DNA of 62,918 bases from Candidatus Microgenomates bacterium (GCA_025451195.1 JANWKV010000006.1:1-62918), one strand, 5' to 3'. Positions 1 through 10,100 are shown, numbered from the stretch's first letter. The notes: a model not told the origin generated them from the letters alone. Translations and numbers: made by a program.

Positions 1-2
1 AA

Positions 3-200
3 ACAATCAAAGGATTTGAATCATTTGAACATGCTGATATGTGGCTTAATGGATATTTTTTGAAAAGAAGAATGCAACCGTTTACCGATTGTACAAAACA
101 ATTTGCAAGATTGAATGGCACCGCTTCTTTACAACATTCCGTACATCATCCTAATGCGTATTTTCATGCTTTGGAGTTGATAAAAAAGCGCCCGTTTTGA
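3..200 (+). CDS. 3' end of an unidentified CDS, 5'-truncated by the window edge
   Basis: Frame 3 is open from the window start to TGA at 198-200 (..HSVHHPNAYFHALELIKKRPF*). Absent from the ORF track because it is truncated. No family recognised. Confidence 0.35.
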   Translation, partial: TIKGFESFEHADMWLNGYFLKRRMQPFTDCTKQFARLNGTASLQHSVHHPNAYFHALELIKKRPF

Positions 201-219
201 AACGGTGTGGGTGTGGAGG

Positions 220-304
220 CGGAGGGGGTGGGATTTGAACCCACGGTACCTTACGGTACGGCGGTTTAGTAAACCGCTGCACTAGGCCACTATGCGACCC
301 CTCC
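220..304 (-). tRNA. Type II (long variable arm) tRNA, Ser-like, anticodon loop UUACUAA = anticodon ACU
   Basis: The reverse complement folds as a cloverleaf: acceptor GGAGGGG/CCCCTCC, 3-bp D stem GCA/TGC with GG in the loop, anticodon stem GCGGT/ACCGC, variable arm GTACC-GTAA-GGTAC, T arm GTGGG-TTCAAAT-CCCAC, discriminator G. CCA is not encoded. Total 85 nt. Confidence 0.85.
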
Positions 305-372
305 ATTAAATTCAGAGGAAGTTGCGCCTTGAGGGCGCCCCTCCATTAAATTTTGAAGAACCTGAGTTTTTA

Positions 373-1179
373 TTATACCATCTCAGATTGGTATTTTTGG
401 GTTGTATCTTTTTGCTCCCTGAGTATCTTTATTTTTTGCAAAATACTGTCGATCAAATTTTTTTCCAAATCCGAAAATACATCCTCTTTTTTAGTTTTTG
501 ATTTTTTTATCTTCTCTTTCCAGGAAAACCACTCAGACTCTTTAAGTTTTTTATACTGCCAATCTGTTTTTTGAATCATATTTTCTACTTCTATAAGGAG
601 CATTTCCAACTGTTCTATTGTTTGATCTATCACATTATCGTCAAGATTTTTTTCCAAAGCTCTCAGTGTTTCCAAATCATGCTCTCTGTATGCTTTGTTC
701 AATTTTTTAACAATGTCTTCTCTTTTTGATTTTTCTTCCTTTTCTATTACTAAATCCGGATGAAATTTTACAATCAGTTTTTTCCAAAGTGTTTTTATCT
801 GCAACAGTGTTTTTTTAGAAACCTGTTTTTGAGTCGTTATTATTTGCTCTTTTTCTTCATTTCTTTCCTCTTCTGAGAATAAATCATTGTAAAAAGAATT
901 ACTTTCTTTTTTAATTGCTTCTTCAATGCTTAACCCGTTGTTTAAATTTTCATTAAGGTTTTTTTGCTGCATTATTTCCAGATCCAATTTATTATCTTTT
1001 TCCAAAAGGGCACCTATCCTAACCGAGTATTCGTGCTCTATAAGCATTAGCTCTTCCCTGAGTTTCTCCAGTTTTTCCATTTTCTGCTCAAGGATTTTTT
1101 GTTTTCTCGCAATGGAATCCCTAAGCTGGATTTTTTGCTTTTCTTCTTTTGAAGTTACTGTTTGGACCGCTTTATTCAT
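373..1179 (-). CDS. J-domain (DnaJ-like) protein with long Glu/Lys-rich coiled-coil regions
   Basis: 268 aa ORF. A central KKLIVKFHPDL..KLNKAYREHDLETL segment carries the HPD tripeptide of J domains. The flanks are highly charged and heptad-like. Confidence 0.65.
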   Translation of the reverse strand: MNKAVQTVTSKEEKQKIQLRDSIARKQKILEQKMEKLEKLREELMLIEHEYSVRIGALLEKDNKLDLEIMQQKNLNENLNNGLSIEEAIKKESNSFYNDLFSEEERNEEKEQIITTQKQVSKKTLLQIKTLWKKLIVKFHPDLVIEKEEKSKREDIVKKLNKAYREHDLETLRALEKNLDDNVIDQTIEQLEMLLIEVENMIQKTDWQYKKLKESEWFSWKEKIKKSKTKKEDVFSDLEKNLIDSILQKIKILREQKDTTQKYQSEMV

Positions 1180-1226
1180 AGAGCTGAAGCTAAATCATAC
1201 CACAAAGAGGGGGTTTTTAAAAGGAA

Positions 1227-1610
1227 TTATTTCCCGCCGATAAGCTGAACGAGGTTATTGTCCAAATCGTAAAAGGTTGCAAAATACCTGTCCATTGTTG
1301 GCGCTTTAAATGGTTTTGCTAAAAATTTTACACCGCGGTCTTTTAATATTTTGTACGTTTCTGATACGTGATCAACCACAAAATTAAACATGTGCCTGTG
1401 GATATCCTTATTTTTACCATGAACTTTGGAATGTTTTCCAATCCACAAATATACATTCCCAACCATAAATCCAACGCCTGTGTCATCGGGGTGGTTTAAT
1501 TCTTCCAATATTTTCAAACCCAATTTTTCCTGATACCAGCCAACAAGCGCTTTATAATTATCAGACCAAATAAGAATTGCCGAAATATCTTTTATACCAA
1601 CGTCTTTCAT
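1227..1610 (-). CDS. VOC/glyoxalase-bleomycin-resistance family protein
   Basis: VOC-like beta-alpha-beta pattern (ILIWSDNYKALVGWYQEKLGL.., ..FYDLDNNLVQLIG). Start moved to ATG 1610, which overlaps the upstream stop as ATGA (1607-1610). Confidence 0.7.
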   Translation of the reverse strand: MKDVGIKDISAILIWSDNYKALVGWYQEKLGLKILEELNHPDDTGVGFMVGNVYLWIGKHSKVHGKNKDIHRHMFNFVVDHVSETYKILKDRGVKFLAKPFKAPTMDRYFATFYDLDNNLVQLIGGK

Positions 1611-1951
1611 ATCAAAACGCGGATAAAGTAGTATTCGGAAGGAGAGTCGCCTTCTGCAAGCCATTTATGCATGGCACTGGCAGGTATTATAAAAACATCT
1701 TCCGGAGCATATTCCAAAACTTCGTTTGCGCAAAACACTTTTCCCTCCCCTTTTAAAATAATTCCAATTTCAACATAATTTGGGTGGTTGTGCCAGTCAT
1801 ATTTTTCACCTGGGCGCAAAACTCCTTTTGTTATAGCGTCAATATATTTACTGCCGGTTGTATCTTTAGTTGCCAAAGTTTTTCGTGTGTTTTTTACATT
1901 ATGGATTTCTTCAAACGGAAGATTGTTTATATTTGTTCTGGTAAATTTCAT
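1607..1951 (-). CDS. Cupin domain protein
   Basis: 114 aa. Cupin motifs G-x5-H-x-H (GEKYDWHNHPNYVEIG) and a later ..PASAMHKW. Confidence 0.75.
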   Translation of the reverse strand: MKFTRTNINNLPFEEIHNVKNTRKTLATKDTTGSKYIDAITKGVLRPGEKYDWHNHPNYVEIGIILKGEGKVFCANEVLEYAPEDVFIIPASAMHKWLAEGDSPSEYYFIRVLI

Positions 1952-1998
1952 GATATTCTCCTTATTATAAAGCTTTTATGCTTAATGTAAATGGTTTA

Positions 1999-2580
1999 TT
2001 AAATTTCTACACCAAAGACTTTTAAATCTTTTATAATCTGTTCGTTTGATTTAAAAATAATACCTTTCATGCCAACATTTTCTGCGCCCTCAATATTTGA
2101 CTTTCGATCGTCAATAAAAATACTCTCTTCAGGCTTTACTTCCAGGCGCTTAACGATGATTTTGTAAATTTCCGGTTCCGGTTTAATTGCACCACCAACC
2201 TCGGTTGAAACAACAGTCACGTCAAAATATTTTGGAAGATGATACATTTCAAATAATTTTTCTTTCCATTCCCTTGGAAAATTAGATAAAAATCCTGTTT
2301 TGTATTTTTTATGTAAATGTGAAATGTAATTTAGAAGTTGAGTATTAAGAGTAAACATAGAAAACATTTCTTTTTCTATTTGCGCTGTGTCTTTCCCGGA
2401 TGCTTTACTTAATTCCAAAAGTAATTCTTGAGTTGAAATCTCTGTGCTGTCTACTTTCTTTGACAAATCCATAAAATGGATTTCTTTTTGAGAAATATCC
2501 AAAATATTTTTGTATAACCAATTCCAGTAGCCCTCCCCAACAATAACCCCTGCAAAATCAAAAATTACAGCTTTTATCAT
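1999..2580 (-). CDS. HAD-superfamily hydrolase (subfamily IA-like)
   Basis: N-terminal DxD-type motif IKAVIFDFAGVI and C-terminal IFIDDRKSNIEGAENVGMKGI. Confidence 0.8.
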   Translation of the reverse strand: MIKAVIFDFAGVIVGEGYWNWLYKNILDISQKEIHFMDLSKKVDSTEISTQELLLELSKASGKDTAQIEKEMFSMFTLNTQLLNYISHLHKKYKTGFLSNFPREWKEKLFEMYHLPKYFDVTVVSTEVGGAIKPEPEIYKIIVKRLEVKPEESIFIDDRKSNIEGAENVGMKGIIFKSNEQIIKDLKVFGVEI

Positions 2581-3164
2581 AACTTATTTATTTTGTGATA
2601 AATACTTGGGATATTTTCTCTACCGTATTTTAAAGCTTTTGCCATCCAGATTAACTCACCGTATGCTCTTTTAATTCTGCGAATATATCCTTCATCTATT
2701 ATTGTCTCGTCTTTATTGAATAGGTTTTGCACCTGGGGAAAATAAACATCGGAAAATGTTACTACCATTCCCATTTCCCGGACAGTTGGGACAAGTTCTT
2801 CAATTGCACGTGCTCCTCCAAAAATTCCATTTGAAACTCCTGCAAAAGCAACAGGCTTATGAATGTAATTTTGCAACTCGCTATCTAACATTCGTTTTAA
2901 ACTCCCAGGGAAACTGTGATTATATTCCGGAGTTACAATAAAAAATCCATCTGCCCTTTTTGTTATCTCTGAATACCTTGGGTCTTTATTTTCCAGGTCA
3001 TTGCCGTCATATGGAAAATTGTAATTCTGAGGATCGACTAACTCAACTTCAATTTCCTCAATTTCCTGCCCTATTTTAGTAACAAGGTTTGCTACTTTTA
3101 TAGATTCCCTTTTGGGCCGCGTTGTGCCTAGCAAAATTGGAATAAATAATTTTTCCATAATCAT
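2577..3164 (-). CDS. NAD(P)H-dependent FMN reductase family protein
   Basis: LLGTTRPKRES.. N-terminus and FIVTPEYNHSFPGSLKRMLD signature. ATGA overlaps at both ends (2577-2580, 3161-3164). Confidence 0.8.
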   Translation of the reverse strand: MIMEKLFIPILLGTTRPKRESIKVANLVTKIGQEIEEIEVELVDPQNYNFPYDGNDLENKDPRYSEITKRADGFFIVTPEYNHSFPGSLKRMLDSELQNYIHKPVAFAGVSNGIFGGARAIEELVPTVREMGMVVTFSDVYFPQVQNLFNKDETIIDEGYIRRIKRAYGELIWMAKALKYGRENIPSIYHKINKL

Positions 3165-3712
3165 ATTTCATTCTGAACTTGTTTCAGAAGTTTTACCAAC
3201 TTTTCTCTCCAAAATGCCTGAATTTCTTTTGCTTGTTTTTGAGTTGGAATTTTTTCATGTCCAACTGCAACTTGTGATTTACCTTCTCCTTTTGAATAGA
3301 ACCCAACATCTACTCGAGTTTTCCCATCCGACCATTTTATTCGCATTGATTTATCTTTTGTTGCTTTTGTAATAGTAAATTTTTCCGAAAGCCACTGTTT
3401 TCTTTTTTTCCCATCTTCCCAAAAGCTGTAAAGAATATTTATAGGTACAGGAACTGTTTTTGATGCACCAACCTGAAACCCGCCAGAGTTTTGACTATCA
3501 ATTCTTAATCCTTTTGCTTTTTCGTATCCAACTGTTACCATTTGCGACCACCAACCGCTTTTTAAATAATTATCATTAACGAATTTTGCTATTTCTTTGT
3601 GAGGCTTTTGAAAAAGCATTTCTTTGTCTAAAATGACAATCCATTCGTCCCAGGTTTTACCGGTTGCCTTCTTAACCGATTCGGAAAACATTCCGTTTAC
3701 AATTTCTGCCAT
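3161..3712 (-). CDS. Hypothetical protein (helical N-terminal module with WWSQMVTVGYEKAKGLR motif, beta-rich C-terminal half)
   Basis: 183 aa ORF and first gene of the 3712->1227 overlap-coupled operon. Family not confidently recognised. Confidence 0.6.
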   Translation of the reverse strand: MAEIVNGMFSESVKKATGKTWDEWIVILDKEMLFQKPHKEIAKFVNDNYLKSGWWSQMVTVGYEKAKGLRIDSQNSGGFQVGASKTVPVPINILYSFWEDGKKRKQWLSEKFTITKATKDKSMRIKWSDGKTRVDVGFYSKGEGKSQVAVGHEKIPTQKQAKEIQAFWREKLVKLLKQVQNEI

Positions 3713-3788
3713 AAAACAATTATAACAAAATACAATATGGAAAATGTTGTATTAATGCAATTTTAATTGCGAATGGTACAATGGATAT

Positions 3789-4238
3789 GTGAAAGCATTA
3801 CTTGATTTCTTTAAAAAAAATTCATTGCTTTTTATCTTCCTGACTCCATGGATTGTTGACACATTTGTTACTCTTTTAGGACAAGACGAAAGCTTCTGGC
3901 ACGGGTCGCTTTTTATAAACGAGGCACATCCTATTTATCATTATTTACTAACACTTGGCCCTATACCTTTCATTATGGGTAATGTGGTGGAGCTTTCGAT
4001 TGTTTATTTTTTTGTTAAAATTTTGCCAAGACCAATAAATCTAATGCTTGCTCTTGGATACGGGACAGGCACTGTTTGGTCTTCGAGCAGTTGGACATAC
4101 ACCATTTTAAGTAAATTTTTACCGGGTCAGGAAGTAAATGCGTTTTATTATGACTGCATCTATTTAATTCTAATGGGGATAATTGCGGGTTTTTGCGTTA
4201 ATTTATATTTTGAAAGTGTTTTTAAGAAGAAAAAATAA
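3789..4238 (+). CDS. Hypothetical integral membrane protein (about 4 TM)
   Basis: 149 aa hydrophobic ORF with a GTG start. The extended -10 TGGTACAAT (3774-3782) ends 6 nt upstream. Confidence 0.55.
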   Translation: MKALLDFFKKNSLLFIFLTPWIVDTFVTLLGQDESFWHGSLFINEAHPIYHYLLTLGPIPFIMGNVVELSIVYFFVKILPRPINLMLALGYGTGTVWSSSSWTYTILSKFLPGQEVNAFYYDCIYLILMGIIAGFCVNLYFESVFKKKK

Positions 4239-4241
4239 ATC

Positions 4242-4910
4242 CTACATTTTTACAACTTTTGAAACAAGGTTATCTCCAATTTTTTCAACCTTTACAAAAA
4301 AATTAAATTTATCAAACATCATGCTGTAATGGAAATCCTCTTCCGGAAGAAATGTAACCCCCGGGTCTAAAAAAAGCTGTCCGCCTTTGGTAAGACGCAT
4401 TGCCTGTACAATTTCTTTTTTGTTTATGGTCTTTTCTTGCAGCATATCGGATAAGTAATCAGCAAATAGCATATCTTCCGGATCTGTTGAGACAATTGAA
4501 ACAAGACTTGGATTTTGTTTTTGAATATGCAAAACAATTGCAGATCCTGTTACAAAACTACCAAAGATTAGCTCTTTTGCGTTTATTGCCCTAACCAACC
4601 CTTGTGTTCCCTGTGAACTTCTGTGAACAATTGTTTTACCTGATAAATCAATTTTAGAAATTTCAAATGGAGAATTACCAAAATCAAATCCTTTTATTTT
4701 AATCGCTTTATTCTCACCCATTAGTAAATATTTTGGATTTTCTTTTTTTAATGCAAAAGCTTCTTCCGCTGTTGCGACAGGCAAGATTTGTTTTGCGCCT
4801 TTGTAAAAAGCGAAAGCTTCTGTTGTTGCGGCGCGTAAAATATCTATAACAACTACTACTCCTTTCGCTTTAACTGCATTTGGAACTCCGTAATATTTTT
4901 GTATTTTCAT
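4242..4910 (-). CDS. 2-phosphosulfolactate phosphatase (ComB) family protein
   Basis: VVVIDILRAATT near the N-terminus and GFDFGNSP motif, typical of the ComB family. Confidence 0.7.
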   Translation of the reverse strand: MKIQKYYGVPNAVKAKGVVVVIDILRAATTEAFAFYKGAKQILPVATAEEAFALKKENPKYLLMGENKAIKIKGFDFGNSPFEISKIDLSGKTIVHRSSQGTQGLVRAINAKELIFGSFVTGSAIVLHIQKQNPSLVSIVSTDPEDMLFADYLSDMLQEKTINKKEIVQAMRLTKGGQLFLDPGVTFLPEEDFHYSMMFDKFNFFVKVEKIGDNLVSKVVKM

Positions 4911-4934
4911 GTGGAAATTTTCTTAAAGGGGAAA

Positions 4935-5336
4935 TTAACTAAATTTTTCATAGCCTAAAATAATAAAATAGACTAAAACAGGAAGATATAAAAATCCAAC
5001 AAAAGAAGAACTACTTTCCTGTGATGCACCTATTTGAGAAGAAATCTGTGTCACATAAAATATTGCCAACGTAAAAATTCCGGTCAAAATGCATGAATAT
5101 ACGTAGAGTATTACTCTCCAAACATTCCATTTATATTTTTTATACTCAATAATAATAACAATAAGAAAAATTGCAATTGGTGACAAAGAGAATATACCGG
5201 CAACCGGATCTTGAGCCGAATCAGAACTACTGCCTGTTGGAATAAGAGTAAAAAGAGTTAGAAACAAAAGCATAAAAGTCGAATAACCCCAAAGGGCGGT
5301 TCTCAAAAGCGCAAATTCCTTATTATTATTTTTCAT
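4935..5336 (-). CDS. Hypothetical integral membrane protein (about 4 TM)
   Basis: 133 aa hydrophobic ORF. No family recognised. Confidence 0.5.
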   Translation of the reverse strand: MKNNNKEFALLRTALWGYSTFMLLFLTLFTLIPTGSSSDSAQDPVAGIFSLSPIAIFLIVIIIEYKKYKWNVWRVILYVYSCILTGIFTLAIFYVTQISSQIGASQESSSSFVGFLYLPVLVYFIILGYEKFS

Positions 5337-5404
5337 CTTTATTAAGAGTATTCAAATGAAACAAAAAAGTAAAGTCAAATCATAAAGGTGTTTCCAAAAT
5401 TTAA

Positions 5405-5433
5405 TTGACAGTTTTATAAAAAAAATCTATGTT
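5405..5433 (+). promoter_or_regulatory. Sigma70-type promoter TTGACA-17-TATGTT
   Basis: TTGACA at 5405-5410, a 17-nt spacer, TATGTT at 5428-5433. The ATG at 5440 lies 6 nt downstream, so the mRNA is probably leaderless. Confidence 0.5.
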
Positions 5434-5439
5434 ATGGAT

Positions 5440-5574
5440 ATGATTGTCAAAAAGAAAGACGGATACTATGTTCTTTCCGGAAAAACTAAACGCAATTTAG
5501 GTGGTCCATATAAAACCAAACAAGAAGCGGCAAAAAGATTAAGACAAGTAGAATTTTTTAAACATCAAAAATGA
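5440..5574 (+). CDS. Small basic protein (44 aa; MIVKKKDGYYVLSGKTKRNLGGPYKTKQEAAKRLRQVEFFKHQK)
   Basis: Below the ORF-track size cutoff. A canonical promoter lies directly upstream. Its stop overlaps the next ATG as ATGA (5571-5574). An alternative start is ATG 5434. Confidence 0.5.
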   Translation: MIVKKKDGYYVLSGKTKRNLGGPYKTKQEAAKRLRQVEFFKHQK

Positions 5575-6788
5575 AAATAAGAAATATACTAATAATTGTC
5601 TTGATATTAATTGCGGGTATATATTTATTTTTTAAGACTCCTAAAACAACACATACTCCTCAAGCATTGCAAAATCAAACAACAACAGTTTTGTCTAATT
5701 CAACAGCAAAACAAAATACTCAATCTATAAAATATATTTCTGCAGGAGCGAGTCCAAATATCCCTCTAAATTTACCAGGTGATTTTACAATCCACATTTT
5801 TGCAACCGGTCTTGGAACTGCGCGCGATTTACAATTTAGCCCAGGTGGAACTCTTATAGTTTCTAATCCATCGGGAAATAGCGTCTATGCACTACCTGAT
5901 AAAAATAATGACGGAGTTGCGGATGAAATTAAACCTATCATCAGCGGGGAAAATCATGTTCACGGACTTGCTTTTTATAACGGCAAATTATTTATTGCGG
6001 ACGTAGATAAGGTTGTAAGGTATAACTGGAATGAAACAACTTTAACCGCGACAAAAGATAAAGTTCTTTTTACCCTTCCGGAAAATGAAGACCACAACAA
6101 CCGCTCATTGATTTTTACTTCGGACGGAAAATTATTTATTTCACTCGGGTCAACGTGTAATATTTGCCGTCAGTCACCAACTGTTGGCGGATCAGTATTA
6201 GCATCTGATGCTAATGGTACTCCTCCAAAAGTTTTTGCAACCGGACTCAGAAATTCTCCGTTTTTTGCAATTAATCCTAAGACTAAAGACATTTGGGCAA
6301 CAGAAATGGGAAGGGATTATTTAGGAGATAATACTCCCCCTGACGAAATTAATATTTTATATGAAAGCAAAAATTACGGCTGGCCTAATTGCTATGGAAA
6401 TAAAATTCATGATACAAATTTTGACGGAATAAATCCTGACAATTGTGGAAATACCGAACCTCCAATTTACCAAATCCCCGCACACTCTGCCCCACTCGGA
6501 TTAACTTTTATTAATTCTTCCCAGTTTCCAGAAGACTGGCAGGGCGATTTGCTTGTTGCCTACCACGGTTCTTGGAATCGGTCTGTTGCAACCGGTTATA
6601 AAGTTGTGCACCTAAAAGTAAATGGAAATACAATAACCGGCTCCGATGATTTCCTTACCGGGTTTTTACAAGGAACAACGCAAAATTCAAGTTTGGGCAG
6701 GCCTGTTGATTTAACTTTTGATAAGTATGGTAATCTTTATTTATCCGACGACAAGTCGGGAAATGTTTACATAATCCAGAAAAAATAG
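5571..6788 (+). CDS. PQQ-dependent sugar (glucose/sorbosone) dehydrogenase-like beta-propeller, membrane anchored
   Basis: N-terminal TM segment, then GLRNSPFFAINP..DIWATEMGRDYLGDNTPPDEINIL..GKNYGWPNCYG, typical of the soluble glucose dehydrogenase family. Confidence 0.8.
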   Translation: MKIRNILIIVLILIAGIYLFFKTPKTTHTPQALQNQTTTVLSNSTAKQNTQSIKYISAGASPNIPLNLPGDFTIHIFATGLGTARDLQFSPGGTLIVSNPSGNSVYALPDKNNDGVADEIKPIISGENHVHGLAFYNGKLFIADVDKVVRYNWNETTLTATKDKVLFTLPENEDHNNRSLIFTSDGKLFISLGSTCNICRQSPTVGGSVLASDANGTPPKVFATGLRNSPFFAINPKTKDIWATEMGRDYLGDNTPPDEINILYESKNYGWPNCYGNKIHDTNFDGINPDNCGNTEPPIYQIPAHSAPLGLTFINSSQFPEDWQGDLLVAYHGSWNRSVATGYKVVHLKVNGNTITGSDDFLTGFLQGTTQNSSLGRPVDLTFDKYGNLYLSDDKSGNVYIIQKK

Positions 6789-6851
6789 AAATTGCTTTTG
6801 TTGTTTCTAAATTTTAAAGATTATATCTACTCCTCCAACAGTAATTACAAG

Positions 6852-6860
6852 TGGTATAAT
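6852..6860 (+). promoter_or_regulatory. Extended -10 element TGGTATAAT
   Basis: TGGTATAAT ends 6 nt before GTG 6867. The same TGGTAnnAT pattern recurs at 3774, 15151, 20416, c1194 and c13306. Confidence 0.45.
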
Positions 6861-6866
6861 CTTTAA

Positions 6867-7745
6867 GTGAAAATAAAAAAACCCAATATCCTCAAACGTC
6901 TCATGTTTCAAAAAGGTCAGAAAATAATTACTCTACCCTCAATGAAAAAATTAGGAATTATAAACGGAATGTCTATTGGTAAGGGTGTAAAAAATATGGC
7001 GGAAAGATTTGAGCCAAACAATATTGATGATGTAAGACAAAGAAATAGTGATTTTTTAACTGCCATTGGAGCATCATCTTTGTCTTTGGGATTCTTAATG
7101 ACTAAGACGATTCGTGGACAGTCTCCAATTGTAGATATTTCTAAAGACATGGTTAAAGAATATAAACAGAAAACAAAAGATTTTGAAAATGTTTTGGAAA
7201 ATACGGAAGCAATGATAACAACAGAGCCTGTTCCGCTTATCGCAAAACTTGCTGATTGTTTTTCGGCAGTTATTTATTCAAAAACTGGTAAAGGAAAAAA
7301 GATTCTAGCACTTTTACACTTAAGTCGCGACCAGGTAGATAATTTATTAATTGGAAAAGTTATTGAGCATTTGACGATTAAGTTTAATTGTAATCAAAAT
7401 GAAATGGTTATCGGTATTTTTCCGGGAATGGGAAAACCTTATCATACGATATCCTTAAAAGACAAAGACAAATTTATTATTGAAAAAAATTGGAAGGGAT
7501 TTATGGAAAAATCTGGGGACGGTAAAAAGATTATTCTTGATTCTTTAGGAAATATAATTAACCAATTTGAGAAATCAGGAATTAGACCGGAAAATATAGA
7601 GGCTTACGGTTATTCAGATGAGGTTGATACGTTCACTTTAGCACGAAAAGGCTTTGCCTTTTCTAATAGATATTCAACAAGTACCAGTCAGCCTGAAAAA
7701 AACGGCCGTAATCTAGTTGTCGTACAATTACCAAAAATTGTTTAG
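6867..7745 (+). CDS. YfiH/PgeF (DUF152, polyphenol-oxidase-like) family protein, divergent
   Basis: LGIINGMS..DDVRQRN..LTAIG N-terminal pattern and KLADCFSAVIY..ALLHLSRDQV, resembling the Cys/His motifs of the family. The start is uncertain (GTG 6867 or ATG 6903). Confidence 0.5.
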   Translation: MKIKKPNILKRLMFQKGQKIITLPSMKKLGIINGMSIGKGVKNMAERFEPNNIDDVRQRNSDFLTAIGASSLSLGFLMTKTIRGQSPIVDISKDMVKEYKQKTKDFENVLENTEAMITTEPVPLIAKLADCFSAVIYSKTGKGKKILALLHLSRDQVDNLLIGKVIEHLTIKFNCNQNEMVIGIFPGMGKPYHTISLKDKDKFIIEKNWKGFMEKSGDGKKIILDSLGNIINQFEKSGIRPENIEAYGYSDEVDTFTLARKGFAFSNRYSTSTSQPEKNGRNLVVVQLPKIV

Positions 7746-7774
7746 AAACTTTAGAAGATTTTATTACCTTAAAA

Positions 7775-9548
<1,774 letters not shown>

Positions 9549-9842
9549 TTAACTTACAATCGCGAGTATGTCTTCCTGGCTAATTAGAGTCCATTCTTCC
9601 GCGCCAGCACCCATTTTTATTTCATTTCCTCCCCATTTTTTGTACATAACTTTGTCACCAATTTTTACAACCATTGGGTGCAAATCACCTTTTGGTCCTA
9701 TTTTCCCTTTACCAACTGCTTTTACAACTCCAATCTGTGGTTTTTCTTTTGCGCTGTCGGGTAAAATAATACCCGATGCAGTTTTTGTTTCTGCTTCCAG
9801 TGGGGCAACCAAAACATTATCAAATAACGGTGTAACTTTCAT
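9549..9842 (-). CDS. groES: Co-chaperonin GroES (Cpn10)
   Basis: MKVTPLFDNVLVAPLEAETKTASGIILPDSAKEKPQIGVVKAVG.. The start is set at ATG 9842; the longer ORF to 9875 runs through the CIRCE-like site. Confidence 0.93.
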   Translation of the reverse strand: MKVTPLFDNVLVAPLEAETKTASGIILPDSAKEKPQIGVVKAVGKGKIGPKGDLHPMVVKIGDKVMYKKWGGNEIKMGAGAEEWTLISQEDILAIVS

Positions 9843-9868
9843 AAAAATTGTGGACAATCTCCTTAAAA

Positions 9869-9895
9869 AAATCACTCTTGCGAGATGATTGCTAA
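9869..9895 (-). promoter_or_regulatory. CIRCE-like inverted repeat (putative HrcA operator)
   Basis: The minus strand reads TTAGCAATC-N9-GAGTGATTT, against consensus TTAGCACTC-N9-GAGTGCTAA (14/18). It sits between the groES promoter and the start codon. Confidence 0.6.
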
Positions 9896-9924
9896 TTTAT
9901 ACCATTTTATATTTTTTTTTGCAA
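9896..9924 (-). promoter_or_regulatory. groESL promoter TTGCAA-17-TATAAA
   Basis: On the minus strand: TTGCAA (9919-9924), a 17-nt spacer ending in TGG, then TATAAA (9896-9901) directly abutting the CIRCE-like repeat. Confidence 0.6.
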
Positions 9925-10022
9925 TAACCTATAGAAAAGTGATTGAGTTTGAAAAGCTTGACAGAGTATATGTACTCCTTTAGCATAGACTTAAGCCCTT
10001 AATTTGGGCGGGTTTTGCTGTT

Positions 10023-10100
10023 TATACTACTCATACTTGATTTTGCAAAAAAAATTGATGAGATCAAAATCAAGTAATCGGGTACTATACACTATTTGCA
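10023..10100 (+). repeat. Conserved long-hairpin element, copy A
   Basis: TACTTGATTTTG (10034-10045) pairs with CAAAATCAAGTA (10065-10076) around a 19-nt loop. Conserved flanks ACTCA.. and ..ATCGGGTACTATACACTATTTGCA. Two further copies at 53113-53187 (+) and 20353-20430 (-). Confidence 0.75.
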
